DNA of 58,805 bases from Octopus bimaculoides. Lineage: Eukaryota. Both the position numbers and the translations under genes were made by a program. The DNA lies in NCBI RefSeq assembly GCF_001194135.2, contig NC_068981.1, positions 56,404,748 through 56,463,552 on the forward strand, read 5' to 3'. Shown here piece after piece: positions 39,345 to 52,757 of the stretch (the stretch's first letter is position 1; every line of letters starts with the position of its first letter). The notes beneath the pieces are model-generated. The model saw nothing but the letters and a program-made list of their open reading frames with translations. It had not been told where the DNA came from and ran no database searches.

Positions 39345-39630
39345 TTACAGTCTTATAATATAAGATAACACCACAACTCACCGATTTCAAGCCCAAACGC
39401 AGCAACTTCTACGGCTTACCGAAAATACATAAATCAAAAGATATTCAGCATGCAGTAAAGAACAAAGAAGTGAGTACATAAAATTACTGCATCCAAACAA
39501 TTTAAAACTTAGACCTATCATAGCTGGTCCAGCATGCCCTACCCACCGTCTAAGCAGTTTTATTGACATTGTTTTGAAACCACTATGTACCTACATACCC
39601 AGTTTGGACAAGATGACATCGTTTCAAATT
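39345..39630 (+). mobile_element. Penelope-like element RT fragment
   Basis: NFYGLPKIHKSK...LRPIIAGPACPTHRLSSFIDIVLKP, a hallmark PLE RT motif. Confidence 0.85.
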
Positions 39631-39862
39631 ACATTTGTTTACGTCCACGCTGTATTGTTTTGTTTGCTCGAGCCCTAATTCTACGCAAATTTTGCGAAGT
39701 CCTCAGTCTTATCGTTAAAGGCATGGGACTGAGTATTAGTATTTTGGTCCATAACTGATGAAGGGTTGGAGTCCTTCTGTGCCTGTCCTGCGTGTACGTT
39801 TTGTAGTATTTAATGCATTTTTCATTTATTGAATAACTGAACACTATGCATCCCGACTTTTG

Positions 39863-39912
<50 letters not shown>

Positions 39913-40674
39913 TCACAGATTCATCTCGATAAAACCGAAAACCGGTACTGTTTGAACAACTGTTTTTTGTTATGGTATTTTTTCTACTCCTTTGACATTA
40001 TTGCTCGGAATTATTGATTGGCTCATTGCAAACATGTATCCAAGTATCTTATTGCTCATTATTTGTCATATAAAATAAATACCTCCTTTAATGCAAAATG
40101 TCTTTTCTGGAAACTTTTGCAGTAAATTTTGATGAACTAAAGCATTTACGTGATCGCTCACTTATATGCAATTCATTATCATCTAGTTTAGTGCTAAATA
40201 ATTTAACGATTTCTGGTAAAAGATTTAAAAGGTGAGGAAAAGAGAAATGGACAACATATGTAAATGCAAATAAGTGTAAACATAAAAAGTTCTCACATTT
40301 TTTCCTTCGCATTGCAAAATCCGGGGAAAATTAAGTGTACAGTTGTAGCAATTTATTCGTCATCATTTGTATGGATGTCTCTGATTCTCAGGTTTCTGCA
40401 GTAAAGAACTATGCACCGTCTATATTTGTAGTGTAATGGATTTAGTGAAGAATTACTTTTCAAGACAAGTTACATTTTCAAGATAAATTCAAAGTTCTCT
40501 CTCTAGTTGTGTTGTCTATAATATGGTCAAATCTGCGTAAAGTTGTTGGTTAATTTGATAAACGAAGATTTAGAGTAGATAAAATTGCGAGAATTATTTG
40601 TTTTTTTTTATTGAAGGCAAAACATGCTAAATGCCAATTTCTTTTTCTAAGCGTTGAAAACATTCTTTCTACTT

Positions 40675-40712
40675 GTTGAGTCCTGAGGAAGTGGCCTGAA
40701 ACCGGTAAGCTT
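40675..40712 (+). ncRNA. Minimal hammerhead-like motif (canonical core, decayed stem I)
   Basis: CUGAGGA-AG-UGGC-CU-GAA-ACCGGU-A; palindromic stem III and GUA triplet. Confidence 0.4.
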
Positions 40713-42328
40713 GATGCTGTTAATATATGAGCAGGGAAAAAATTCAGAGAATCTATGTACTGGTAACAAAGGTCTGGGCATAATAAAGTTGTTGGACGCA
40801 CCAAGTGTGACGAGAAGTGGAAAGGTAGAGCGAGTGCCTGGGTAGAAGAGTTATAAAGTCAACCAGAACAAAGAAACAGAAGCCTTTATAATACTGATCG
40901 AAAAGACAGAGAGAAAAAGCAGCACGCTTGTAGGTCAGAGATTGAAACATGACTGTTAGTGATTGAGTCAAGTGGCATGATCATTCTCTGGATGTAGTCC
41001 ATATGTCTGCATGCATAGCAGCAGCGCTATCCCAGAAGTAAGATTAAAACTTCATTGTGGGTCAAACTTGTGTCTTGTAGAGTATCAGCAGCTTTTGGAG
41101 CTGAAATATTTTCCGGCGCGTTGGTGCCATATTTAGAATTAAATCCGTTTTTTGACTGTTGCAACAGGAAATTTGCAGCACTTATTTATCTGGGTTCGCA
41201 GATAGAAAAAATTATAGGTGCATTTTATGAGTCTAAATGTCTTAGCGATAAATAGTTGAAATATTCCTTTTTCAATATCAAATAAGATGTGAATTTCATA
41301 CTGGGCTAAGATGTTTAAGCTTATGAAATACGTCAACAGTCCCTTATCAGCAAAAACAAATACAGAAATGTACTCATCACCTGCTGTAAACTTCTGTTTG
41401 CATCAGCAGGAAGATAGAATTAATCCTGAATAAGCACCAAAAATAAGAAAGAAGTAGAAAAATAATGTGCAATTTATTTTCCCTAAAGCCTCACTTTTAT
41501 GCTTCTCACTTATGCTACAAATGACAGTTGTGCATTTTAAATGTTTTCAATATGATCTCTTAGGAGAAATAATGGTGATCATTTATGCAATCCTGATTCA
41601 TTTTACCAAACCCCATTGGCCTGCGAAACTTAGAATGATATTCCTCTCGGTAGTTGTGTAAAATGCTTTGGAGACTAATCTGTTAAAACATTTATCTATT
41701 GATCTATTCAATTGTAATTTGGAATGTTTTTATGAAATATTTCTACGCTTTGCTAATAAACTGCATCATTGACTCTTAAACAAGTGAAATTATATTCTGT
41801 CCGAAAATTGCATTGCAGTGTCTATTAATGAAATTCTGTTTAATATCCCAGAACTGGAGAAAATTCCCAAGTGCTAAGCTTTCTATTTCATACATTCTCT
41901 GTAGATATGTACTCGGTAGTACTTAGTAATTTGATGTATCTTTTAATAGCTGACTGCCCAACACTGTATCACACTCAGCTAATCAGAATATTTGCCACAA
42001 AAGTATCCTGTCTTTGTGACTGATGTTTGGAGTAGAGACAATCCTGTTGAAACTAGTAGAAAAACTGGGGATTTGTTGCATATATTTAAAGCAGAACTAT
42101 TTTCATTCCTGGGAGGTTTTAGTAAAAATTTAGAAAATTCTAAAGGAATGTTGTAAATCTGAGAAAGTAGAATTAGGGTGGGTGGGACGCAGCAGAAAAT
42201 CTTGTATTTGTTCTATTATTCATATCATGCAGTGTTCTAACTGTTTTGCAATTGTTAATAATCAATCTGGACAACTTATATGATTATCTCCAGAACTCAC
42301 GTTTTATATTTCGGCCATCAAATATATT

Positions 42329-42379
<51 letters not shown>

Positions 42380-42384
42380 TATAT

Positions 42385-42500
42385 GAAAGTGTGAAAGCAA
42401 AGTCGATCTCGGCGGAATTTGAGCTCAGAACGTAAAGACGAACGAAATGCCACTAAGCATTTTGTCTCGCGTGGTAACAATTCTGTAAGCTCACCGTCTT
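42385..42500 (-). mobile_element. SINE family A, 5' half
   Basis: 'gcaaagtcgatctcggcggaatttgagctcagaacgtaa...ctaagcattt'. Confidence 0.8.
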
Positions 42501-43194
42501 AACTTTTGGTCAAATATCATCTAGTAAGGAAAAGTTTGTGTTTACATAAGATTCAAACTTCGTGTTTCGGTTTTTACTCAACTGTGTGTTTGTTTTGTTT
42601 GAATCAATGTATTCAAATAAGGTTCGGGCTAGATCTTGTACAAAACCTTAAGCTTACCGGAGCTACTTGTTGTATTCAGTGTCTCGGATATTTAAAATTA
42701 ATATTCATACCTCCTTATAACTTTAATAAATTATTCCTCTTATGGCACATTCAAAATTTATTGCTAAACATTTACATTCATATATAAAATGTTGCAAAGA
42801 TTTATCCCTAAGTCTCCCCACTGATCCATGCACTACATTGACTACTTATCTACACCATAGAGCTAGGTACGACGCTATTGTCGACGAATCCTTTATATTT
42901 CTATTTTAGTGGTTCTGTATTATACACTCTACAGATCAAAATGGGTGTGTATCAACAATTATTGCTCCGTGTCTGATTTCTGATTTCAAAGAAATACACA
43001 TACGGCATATTGGTGTGCTCAAACTGAAACGTAGATGACTGTAAGGAAATAATTTTTTGTTAAACAAAGCCTTTATGTATTTACACTTAGTTCAATTAAT
43101 TCTCTTATCAATAAACAAATAATCACAGTTTAATGCAATGCTCTTCATAGATTCGAATGATAACCTTAGAGATATTTAATAATAGTTTCAAATT

Positions 43195-43395
43195 TTCGTA
43201 CAAGGCTAGTAATTTCGGAGGAGGGGTTAAGTCGATTACAGCGAGCCCAGTGTTCAACTATTACATATTTTATCGGCCCCAAGAGGATGAAAGGCAAAGT
43301 CGACTCCAGTGGAATTTGGTCTCAGAACGTAAAGTCGGGCGAAATGTTGCTCAGCGTTTTGCCCGGCGTGCTAACGATTCTGCCAGTGCACCGCA
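43195..43395 (-). mobile_element. SINE family A
   Basis: 'aagtcgattaca...gatgaaaggcaaagtcgac...cccggcgtgctaacgattctgccag'. Confidence 0.88.
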
Positions 43396-43623
43396 TAAGA
43401 GACATTTTATTTACACAGTTCAGAACAAAATAATTCCACACGAAGAATATTTAACAAAAATGAAGTAATATAAACTACGAAGCTAAAGCATTTATGCAGA
43501 TATGAAAACCATATTTACATTGATATAAACAAAACTTTTTGTAGTCATCTTGTGTATATATTAATGTAATTTTTATTGTTATGGTTGAATTATTTTAAAA
43601 TCATTTCTTGCAACTAATTTACT

Positions 43624-43670
<47 letters not shown>

Positions 43671-43829
43671 ATGTCTGTGTGTGTATGTGTGTGTGTGTGT
43701 GTGTATGTGTGTACAGAGTTGCCAGGTTGATTTCCATGAAGAAAATCAGAATTATGTGTAAATCATATATCTGTGTGTGTGTGTATGTGCGTGCGTATGC
43801 ACGCGTTTGTATATAAGATAAATTGACTC

Positions 43830-44341
43830 GGTGAAACAGATGAGCTACTGGGAGAGGCTACAAGAATTGAAGCTCTAATCCCTGGAGAGAAAGCAAGAAA
43901 GGTATGTAGTAGAGGTATAGAGATACACATATGGAAGACCCTGGACGGTCTAGTTCCCAACTTTGGACTCTAATTCCCAACCATCGAACTGGACGGCACT
44001 GTATAATACCAAAGATACCGTCTTTTTCATCTCAGATAAGGACCCAATATTGCAACAATTTGGGTTCCAGGGGACCACAACAGTTTAACATCCTGTCAAG
44101 GAAACTACAAGATCTGCAAGGTGTAGATGTGAAAACGGTCAAAAAACACTTGGATAAATTTTTATCTGCAATCCCAGATGAGTCCACATCTGGACGGCAT
44201 AAAGAAAGGCAGCTTCATGCAACTCGCTTCTTTACCAAAAAACGGTACCGAAAGGAGACCCCATAACACGGAAAGGTGGTGCTCCAGCATGGCCCCAGCC
44301 TCTGACTGAAGCCAGTGATAGAAGGAAAGAATTGAAGCTAG

Positions 44342-44345
<4 letters not shown>
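43830..44345 (+). mobile_element. CR1/L2-type LINE 3' end
   Basis: YWERLQELKLxSLER..., NHRTGRHCIIPKIP..RGPQQFNIL..LDKFLSAIPDE; 3'UTR ends 'gtgctccagcatggcc...tgactgaa...aaagaat'. Confidence 0.85.
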
Positions 44346-44378
<33 letters not shown>

Positions 44379-45623
44379 CACATAAGTTTATATATACATA
44401 CACACACTCACACACATATATTCATGTACGTATGTATAGATGCCTGTTTGTGTAGATGTAGTCGCTTTTTTCTAATTTAACAAAATTCGAAAGTATATAT
44501 ATATTTGTTATTTTTTTTTTTTACTGAATAATATATAATTAAATTAATCTTTTCCGTGTTCTCCCCAAGAGCGTTATCGCATTTAAAAATATACGTTATC
44601 GCACTTGTCGAAAATTTATAGTAATAAGTGAAACGCTTTTTGTTCGAGTCAAACCATCCTGAAAATGTTTCTGCTTATAACTATGTATTTCGTCTCTAAA
44701 GCAACGTATTTTACTGCTGTCATTCAGAGCAAACTTTGGGGTGAAAACCTATTTTTAGACATGAATCTTAATGAATCTTTCAAAGAAAGAAAAGGAACAG
44801 CAAATAGGAATTTCAAAATCAGCGTAACAACAAGTGAAATTGACAAAATTTTAGATTGTAATATTAATGGAATAACCATCTTTAAATGCAAAATCTTTAA
44901 AAACTCTTAGTGCAATTTGTAACTACATATTTATGCGAAAAACATTTCACTTCATATAATGTCAAAGAAGAAATTTATATATAGACCGAATATGGAAGCT
45001 GATTACAAATAACATCCATAATTCTAAATATTAAAATACTCTGTGACTTGAGGCAAGCTCATTCGAGTCATTAACTATTAATATTTTAGTTATAAAGTTG
45101 AATGTTTGAAAATTACGAAAGTAAAAAATATTTATATTATACTAACACAATGTTATTTTAATGTGTATTGCAGAATCTCTACAATATTTTTTGAAATAAA
45201 TTTTAGTTTCCGATTTTTTTTTCTCCAAAACTAGATGATTCTATGTATGCGAACATTTCCCGAAGCCCTACTCTCTTCTAAAAGCTAAAGTATCTTCTTT
45301 ATCTGCAACCCAAATAGATGAAATCAAATTTATTAGATACAAGATAGCTAATAAGATTCCTTTTTGCTTTCTTCCAACTAAACATTCTGTAGATTGTTGA
45401 TTTGCTGACAAGTTTTATCGTTTTCACTCCATAATCAGTGCTACGTGAAAGCCCAAGAAGCCTAATTTTCAAATGATCCAAACCATTTAGCTTTAAGTAC
45501 GTATCTAAGGACACGGAACATTGGTAGAAGAAAAGATGGTACATAAGTAACGAGTATGCCGTCAACCTACAGAAGAAAAAGAATATACTCAGTCAAGCTT
45601 ACTTGTTTTAGATACCTCAAATA

Positions 45624-45672
45624 GTGACAGCAGCAGGACATTCTGGCGGCCAGCAAGTTATGCTGCTGTCAC
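45624..45672. other. 49-nt hairpin with a 12-bp perfect base stem
   Basis: gtgacagcagca-ggacattctgg-cgg-ccagcaagtta-tgctgctgtcac. Confidence 0.85.
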
Positions 45673-46509
45673 ATAGAACAAGAACTAAAACTAAGAGTCT
45701 TCCTCCTATCTTTAAAAAAGCTATATTACTTACATCTCACGATCATTGTATCGCTTTATCGAACAAACTGTCGGATGTTGTCATACACCACTAGCCATAA
45801 TGCGCTTCTTCGCATTGTTGTTGCTTTCAAACTATCTTTTCATTGGCTAGGCGGGCAGGCCAAAATACCCCTAGAACAGAACGCCAGTCCATTGCAGAGT
45901 TACCTATTTACAGTTGAGTGGACTGGAGCAATGGGAAATGAAGTGTTTTGCATAAGAACAGAACGCACCGGCCACCATATATTTATATAATAGTATAAAT
46001 TTGAATTTTAAATGACACAGTCGTATTTATGAAATTTTTATATCAAAGAATTGATTTGCAATAGCCGGAATAGAAATTGAATCCGAAGCGAGGAGGTAAA
46101 CATGGACAAATTTGTCTACTAATCTTCATAAACTATAGAATCATTTTTATCATTTATATAAGCTCTGAACTTCAACATTTCTCTGATTGTCGGTCTGTAT
46201 AGATCTCTGACTCTCTCTCTCTTCTTATAAACTGCTTTATTTTAATTTTTTGATTGTTTGATCATACAGGTGATAAAGATGATGTTGACTGCACGATTTT
46301 CAATTAGTTTTCTATCTTTCTGGTATAAGGTTAGCTTTGGTTAGCTTTCGTTTAGTTGGAACCTAACAAATTGAATCCTGAACGATGAAACTGAGAATTG
46401 GATAACATAAAAAAAAATATTCTACATACTATTCTCTGAGGTCAAGATAGGTGAAACAGAAAAAAACATTACACATTTCTGAATAAATAATGCTATCAAT
46501 GCTCAATAA

Positions 46510-46716
46510 GAATGATTTCAAATTTTTGCCTCAAGGGTAGCTTTGGAGAAGAGATTAAATCGATTACACCGACCCCAGTGTTTCACTGGTACTTAATTTA
46601 TCGACTCCGAAGATGAAAGGCAAAGTCGACCTCAGTGGAATTCAAACTCAGAACGGCGAAATACCGCGAATCATTCCATCTAGCGTGCTAACGATTCTGC
46701 CAGCTCGCCGCCTTCT
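46510..46716 (-). mobile_element. SINE family A with ~12-bp TSD
   Basis: Family A core; TSD aatgc(t/a)caataa at 46498-46509 and 46717-46728. Confidence 0.88.
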
Positions 46717-47178
46717 AATGCACAATAAATATATGAAGTAAAAAGTTAACATTAAACAAGCGATTTGGTTTGGAAGAATACGTGATTGAATCCACCCCAA
46801 AAAATTGAATTAAAGGATTTAGAGGGACACTCAGGTTGATATTCCACCGATTCTGATATTCTTTCTTAGAATCAGCACAAATATTTTACTTCACTTCAAT
46901 ATATTTTTTGGACCCTAGGTAAATAACTAGAAAGGTAATTCCAGACAGTATCTGAATTTACATCACATAAAAACTTACAAGGTAATATTTTTTGGTTTCC
47001 TACCATTTCCAGCATTCACCACAACTGAAATAAAGATTTTTGACATGGAATTATTATTTATTGGTGAACATATTTCATGTGCAAAGTTAATACTGGTGGA
47101 ATTTGCCCATAGTGTAAAGTTCGTATCTAAATACTGCAAAGTATTTTCTATGCCTTTTTATAGAGTATTTGCTTAGAT

Positions 47179-47431
47179 TAGTGGTTCTTCTCAATCGGAG
47201 TACACAGGGAAGGAGGCGGCATATAAGATTTTGTTGTTAAAAACTATGTGCAGTAAATTGGTTATACTTCTGCAGTACACAAAATATTTTAACGAATTAT
47301 CTATAAAATTCATAATAATATTTTATAAAAATTTGATAGTATTTTTTAAACATCAAATTGCTATGGGCAAATACCAGAGTAAAATAGGAATCAAAGGGCT
47401 TCATAGACAAAAAATTGGTTGAGAAGCACTG
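47179..47431. mobile_element. hAT (Charlie-type) MITE
   Basis: Imperfect TIRs tagtggttc(tt)ctcaatc / ggttgagaagcactg; flanking 8-mers gcttagat / gtctaaat resemble the NTCTAGAN target. Confidence 0.55.
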
Positions 47432-48267
47432 GTCTAAATGAAGAAGCTCTGTATCAATGGGCCTCACAGGCCTTCTAAAACAGGTGACATTGACATTGCT
47501 ATTGTTTCTCCTCTACAACTGCACGTAAAAAAAGAAAATGGAGTGGAATTCTAGAAAGCCGGTGTTCTGAGGTGGAACGACTAGGCGTATGGTTAGTTGC
47601 AGGGCCTGCAACATGGACAAAATATAGGTGACAAGAAAAGAAGTAACAAGTGAATCAGCTAGATTTTCAAGCTAAACAAAGTCATTTATTCAAAATCAAA
47701 ATGTCAGGTTACTCCTGTCAATGTGAGATATGTACTATCACATTAGTGTCCAATACTCTAGGGTTGAATTCTCCTTGAAATTACTTCACTTCATATAAAT
47801 CAATCGCTGCATATATCACGACCTTTTTTTCCCTCTCTTTTTATAAAGTTATTTTGCAGAAATGCGATGTAAAATTTATGTCGCAATAGGAACAGGAAAT
47901 AAAATGCATATTCAAATATAGTGCGGAAAATAGTTCAGACTGATAATCCTTAGAGAAAGAGAAGGGGGTGAGAACGAAAGAGGGGGAGGGTGAACGAGAG
48001 GTAAGGGATAGTGAGGATGTGTAAGTTTAGCAATAAAGCTCTGATGCAAGATTCTACATTTAGGCTTTTGTTGCGTTGTTTTCTGATCCCATTGCTAAAA
48101 GAATGTTGTTATAAAGAGACGGACATTTAGTAAGTATTAAAACATTTATATGCCTGCAGCAAGTTACTTTCACATCGAAAAGAGCTTTTCCCATAAGATA
48201 TATTGAAATATTTAAAATAATTCTCTTACTCAAATGATAATTTCTAACTTTGTTAGCCAAATCATAC

Positions 48268-48334
<67 letters not shown>

Positions 48335-48607
48335 TCAGTAGTGAAGTTGCTGAGTGGAGGGACGTATACGCTTGAACAACGGAAATTATGAACATATAAA
48401 GTGAAATTGCCGATATATCACCACAAACGCTTGCAATAAACTGAGAATATATATTGTTTTAGAATATTTTACAATAAAATACCCCCACCAATGAAATATT
48501 CATAATGATATATTTAAACGATATAGACTACGAAAACTGGTCTTATGATTGAAAATTATATATTGTTCACACAAGATAATATTATGCGATAAAAATAGAA
48601 ACGCAAG

Positions 48608-48653
48608 GCATATTTGCGTAAATTTGAGTTGTCTTAAATTTACGCAAATATGC
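48608..48653. other. 46-nt near-perfect palindrome (21-bp stem, 4-nt loop)
   Basis: gcatatttgcgtaaatttgag-ttgt-cttaaatttacgcaaatatgc; one G-U pair. Confidence 0.9.
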
Positions 48654-48784
48654 TCAACCATATTACTATTTTAAAATATTTGATAATATGCAGATACAAG
48701 TCCGCGCAAAATTCGTGCATACATTGTACATAGATGCAATAATAGATATGTAACATATATGCATATATATTTGTATGAATATAA

Positions 48785-49020
48785 ATTTCTTATTTATTAC
48801 CCACAAGGGGCTAAACATAGAGGGGACAAACAAGGACAGACAAAGGATTAAGTCGATTACATCGACCCCAGTGCGTAACTGGTACTTAATTTATCGACCC
48901 CGGAAGGATGAAAGGCAAAGTCGACCTCGGCGGAATTTGAACTCAGAACGTAACAGCAGAGGAAATATCGCTAAACATTTCGCCCGGCGTTCTAACGATT
49001 CTGCCAGCTCGTCGCCTTAC
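48785..49020 (-). mobile_element. Full-length SINE family A with 9-bp TSD
   Basis: Near-identical to the 22854 copy; TSD tgaatataa at 48776-48784 and 49021-49029. Confidence 0.93.
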
Positions 49021-49323
49021 TGAATATAATGGAATATAAATTCCATTAGTGATTTAACCTTGGAATTTCCTTTTCAAAATTCGTCCATGAGTATCGGCTA
49101 TGAGAAGTTATCATATATCGGAATTGGATCGTTTTACTGATGACATATCTGATGATCCGTAATAACAAGGAAAATGGAATAAACAATGCGTTTTATTGCA
49201 TAATTCTACAATTGTTTCATCTATATTTTACCAGAAGATTATTGCTACAGTACTTTTAAATAATATTCCAAATAATACATGCATACACACACACCTACAC
49301 CCATGCACATATACAAATATGTA

Positions 49324-50225
49324 TATGTGTTCTGATCAATAAGTATCCGAACTGTTGCTATAGTAACAAAGCTAAAACATGCAGAATAAAGCCGCTTGGC
49401 ACAGATTGACCTTGAACTCTGCTGTGCATGCGCACTAAGTTTTAAGTTCTATCTCACTTCTGCTGTTTACAGCAGTACTTGGAAGGCAGGCGTGTAGCGT
49501 GTGATCGCTGCATTGAGCATGACAGGGAAAGTTGAGTAGAGAATGTGCATAAAATGCTGCCAAAAGCTTGGCGATATCTGCTCAGAGGCTTACGCAAAGT
49601 TTTAAACAACTTTTGATCGTTCTCGACACAATGAAAGTGACCTTGTGTAACTGGAACCCGAGTTTTTTTATTTTATTTGGTCAGCTGAAAGCAGTTTTGA
49701 CACAAACTTAGCTGACATGCGTTTCATACTCAAATCTTCAATGATAATGAACTAAACTGAACTGTAATTAATCTGCACATCTTCTGATAACTCACGGATG
49801 GTGATTCGACGATTTCCCCTCGGAGCTGCACGCGCATATGCGATATTTTTCTCAGTTCTGCTGGCTGCAGGTCTCCCAGAACGTTCGTCAATGACGACAT
49901 TTTTTCGGCCATCTTGGAAACGTCTGAACCACTGATACACTTGTGTGCCCCTCATACATTCCTCTCCATACACTTCCAGCAACATTGTATAGGTCTCTGA
50001 GCACGTATCCCTATAACAACTCCCTCTGTAATTGTCAATGAGACGATCACACACTGCACATCTTCCTTCCAATCACTGCTGTAAACAGCGGAAGTAAGCT
50101 AGGACGTTAAAACTTAGTGCGCATATACAATGGAGTTCAAGGTCAATCTGTGCCAAGCAGCTTTACTCAGCGTATTTTACGTTTGTTACTATGGCAACAG
50201 TCCAGATACTTATTGATCAGACCTC

Positions 50226-50228
<3 letters not shown>
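49324..50228. mobile_element. Non-autonomous mariner derivative made of two convergent 5' ends (long inverted arms)
   Basis: Arms of at least 150 bp (homology to ~250-280 bp) with terminus tacgaggtctgatcaataag. Minus strand encodes SETYTMLLEVYG..WFRRFQDG..RSGRP..RITIREL..MKRMSAKFV; plus strand encodes (E)xRMCIKCCQKLGDICSEAY. Confidence 0.88.
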
Positions 50229-50820
<592 letters not shown>

Positions 50821-51152
50821 ACGTGCCCGCGTAAATTTGTGTGTGTGCAAGTGCGTGTTCATAAGGGCTGTAATATTCGCTGGTATTCTCTCGGAACAGT
50901 TTATAAGGTAAATCCATATCATTGAAATCAGATAGTAGGTTCAGGCATATATCATAGGTAACAGCCAAAGGTGGATAAGAAGATATGCCTATAGTAGCTT
51001 GCAATTTTTTCTGAGATAGATAGTGCAATTCCCAGTTCGATTGAAACAGACGATCCTCATTTAAGCTGGCATAATTTCCTTGCATTTTTTGTTGTACTTC
51101 AAATTGTAATCTAGGTAGTAAGACATTCTGACCACTCGGTCGTGGTATTAAC

Positions 51153-51190
<38 letters not shown>

Positions 51191-51194
51191 GCAA

Positions 51195-52308
51195 ATAAAT
51201 AACAAGGATGTCCAGATATCAGTGCATTACGGCCGTTTCATGCGGCTCCACTCCATTTAATCGATCAATGCAAACATTACATCAATTTGAAATAAACCGC
51301 TCCCCTCGAAAGCATTCGACAATATAGATTTCCAACATACCGGATACTCCATTATGATTTATTAGCAAATTAGTCTTTGGTTTTGATCCAATAGAAAATG
51401 TGTACCCCTACTCGGATATCTGAATTTATTTATAGGTTCATTGTTGAATAGTTTTATCAGGACCACCTTAAAATTATGCAAAGAAGAAGCATGATGAGGT
51501 TTCTATTTTATATAAAAGTACCCGACTTTTATGGTTTAGATTGCTTTATATATCCTTCTCCTCTTACTTGATCCTTAAATCCTTTTCTAACTTCTAATAT
51601 TTTAATATCTAAATATTGCTAAGTTTCGATGCACATTTTCCCCGTACTTTTAATTCCCGCACTTAGATCTCATTGTGATCTCCTTTGTTTTCCATTTTAG
51701 GACCCTTTTAGTTGATAAACATATGTCAAGTCACCCCTGCCCTACCTCTTTCTGGTTATCACCTCCTCTCTATATATCATTATCTTGTTAACATTTTTAA
51801 AGACATGTAGATATGGCTGATTTTAAGATCACAGTAAAATAGAGGTAGATTATCTGGCATTAATTAATTTATCGCCAAAATCAAGAACTTAACTGTCAGT
51901 TCCCAACGGTTTTAATTCTAAGGGGATGTAGACTACTTGCTGCATTGGGTCTTTTAAATGTGATAAGGATAAAGATGAATGCAGTTATATCACCATTCAT
52001 CTTTCTTGAGCCCATTATTTTCTTCTGCCGCTCTAAATTATAGTAGGGTTTAAGTATTGTTTCCCCCAAATTCATTCTGTTACAATAATAAGAAAAAGAA
52101 ACAATGTAATTATTTTAGTCTCTAGTATTGATAAAAAATTTACTAAAATATTATAATGAAGTATCCTGTATGTTGGAAATCTTTATGATTGTATGCGTCC
52201 GAGGAGAGCGGTTTATTTAAAATTGATGTAATGTTTGCATTGATCAATTAAATGAAACCTCTTGAAACGGCTGTAATGCACTGATACGTGGACATCCTTG
52301 TTACTTAT
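51195..52308. mobile_element. Probable PLE remnant bounded by ~175-bp inverted repeats carrying hammerhead-like motifs
   Basis: 51195-51371 matches the reverse complement of 52137-52308; each arm has TGCAT...GAAACGGC(C/T)GTA-ATGCA. The interior is not confidently translatable. Confidence 0.55.
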
Positions 52309-52354
52309 ATGTTTTTTATTCACCTAATTTGGAGCTGTGCGGACNNNNNNNNNN

Positions 52355-52424
<70 letters not shown>

Positions 52425-52757
52425 TGTATATGCGTCACAAACCTAGACACCAATATTTAAAAATTGCGTATGCCTAATTAGGTTGCCTATGAAGAAAACC
52501 AAACAATACCAAAGTAAGCGATCCCCACAAACAATGAATCCACAAGAATGAAGGACAACCCAAAATAACGAGACTAAGATATAAGAAATTCACACACGAA
52601 CATATGTACATTCCCATCATCAGCTACCCAAACAGATATTACTATGGTTTCGACACTTGGGTAGTGCAATTCAATCCAGCAGAATTTTGTGTATGTATGT
52701 AGGAATGTACGAATGTATACGATCATTTATACACACACATACATATACATTTAAACC

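Noticed and set aside
40088-40235. Minus-strand exon candidate (EIVKLFSTKLDDNELHI...)
   Set aside because: Good acceptor, but phase is incompatible with the other candidates and the best donor lies beyond a stop.
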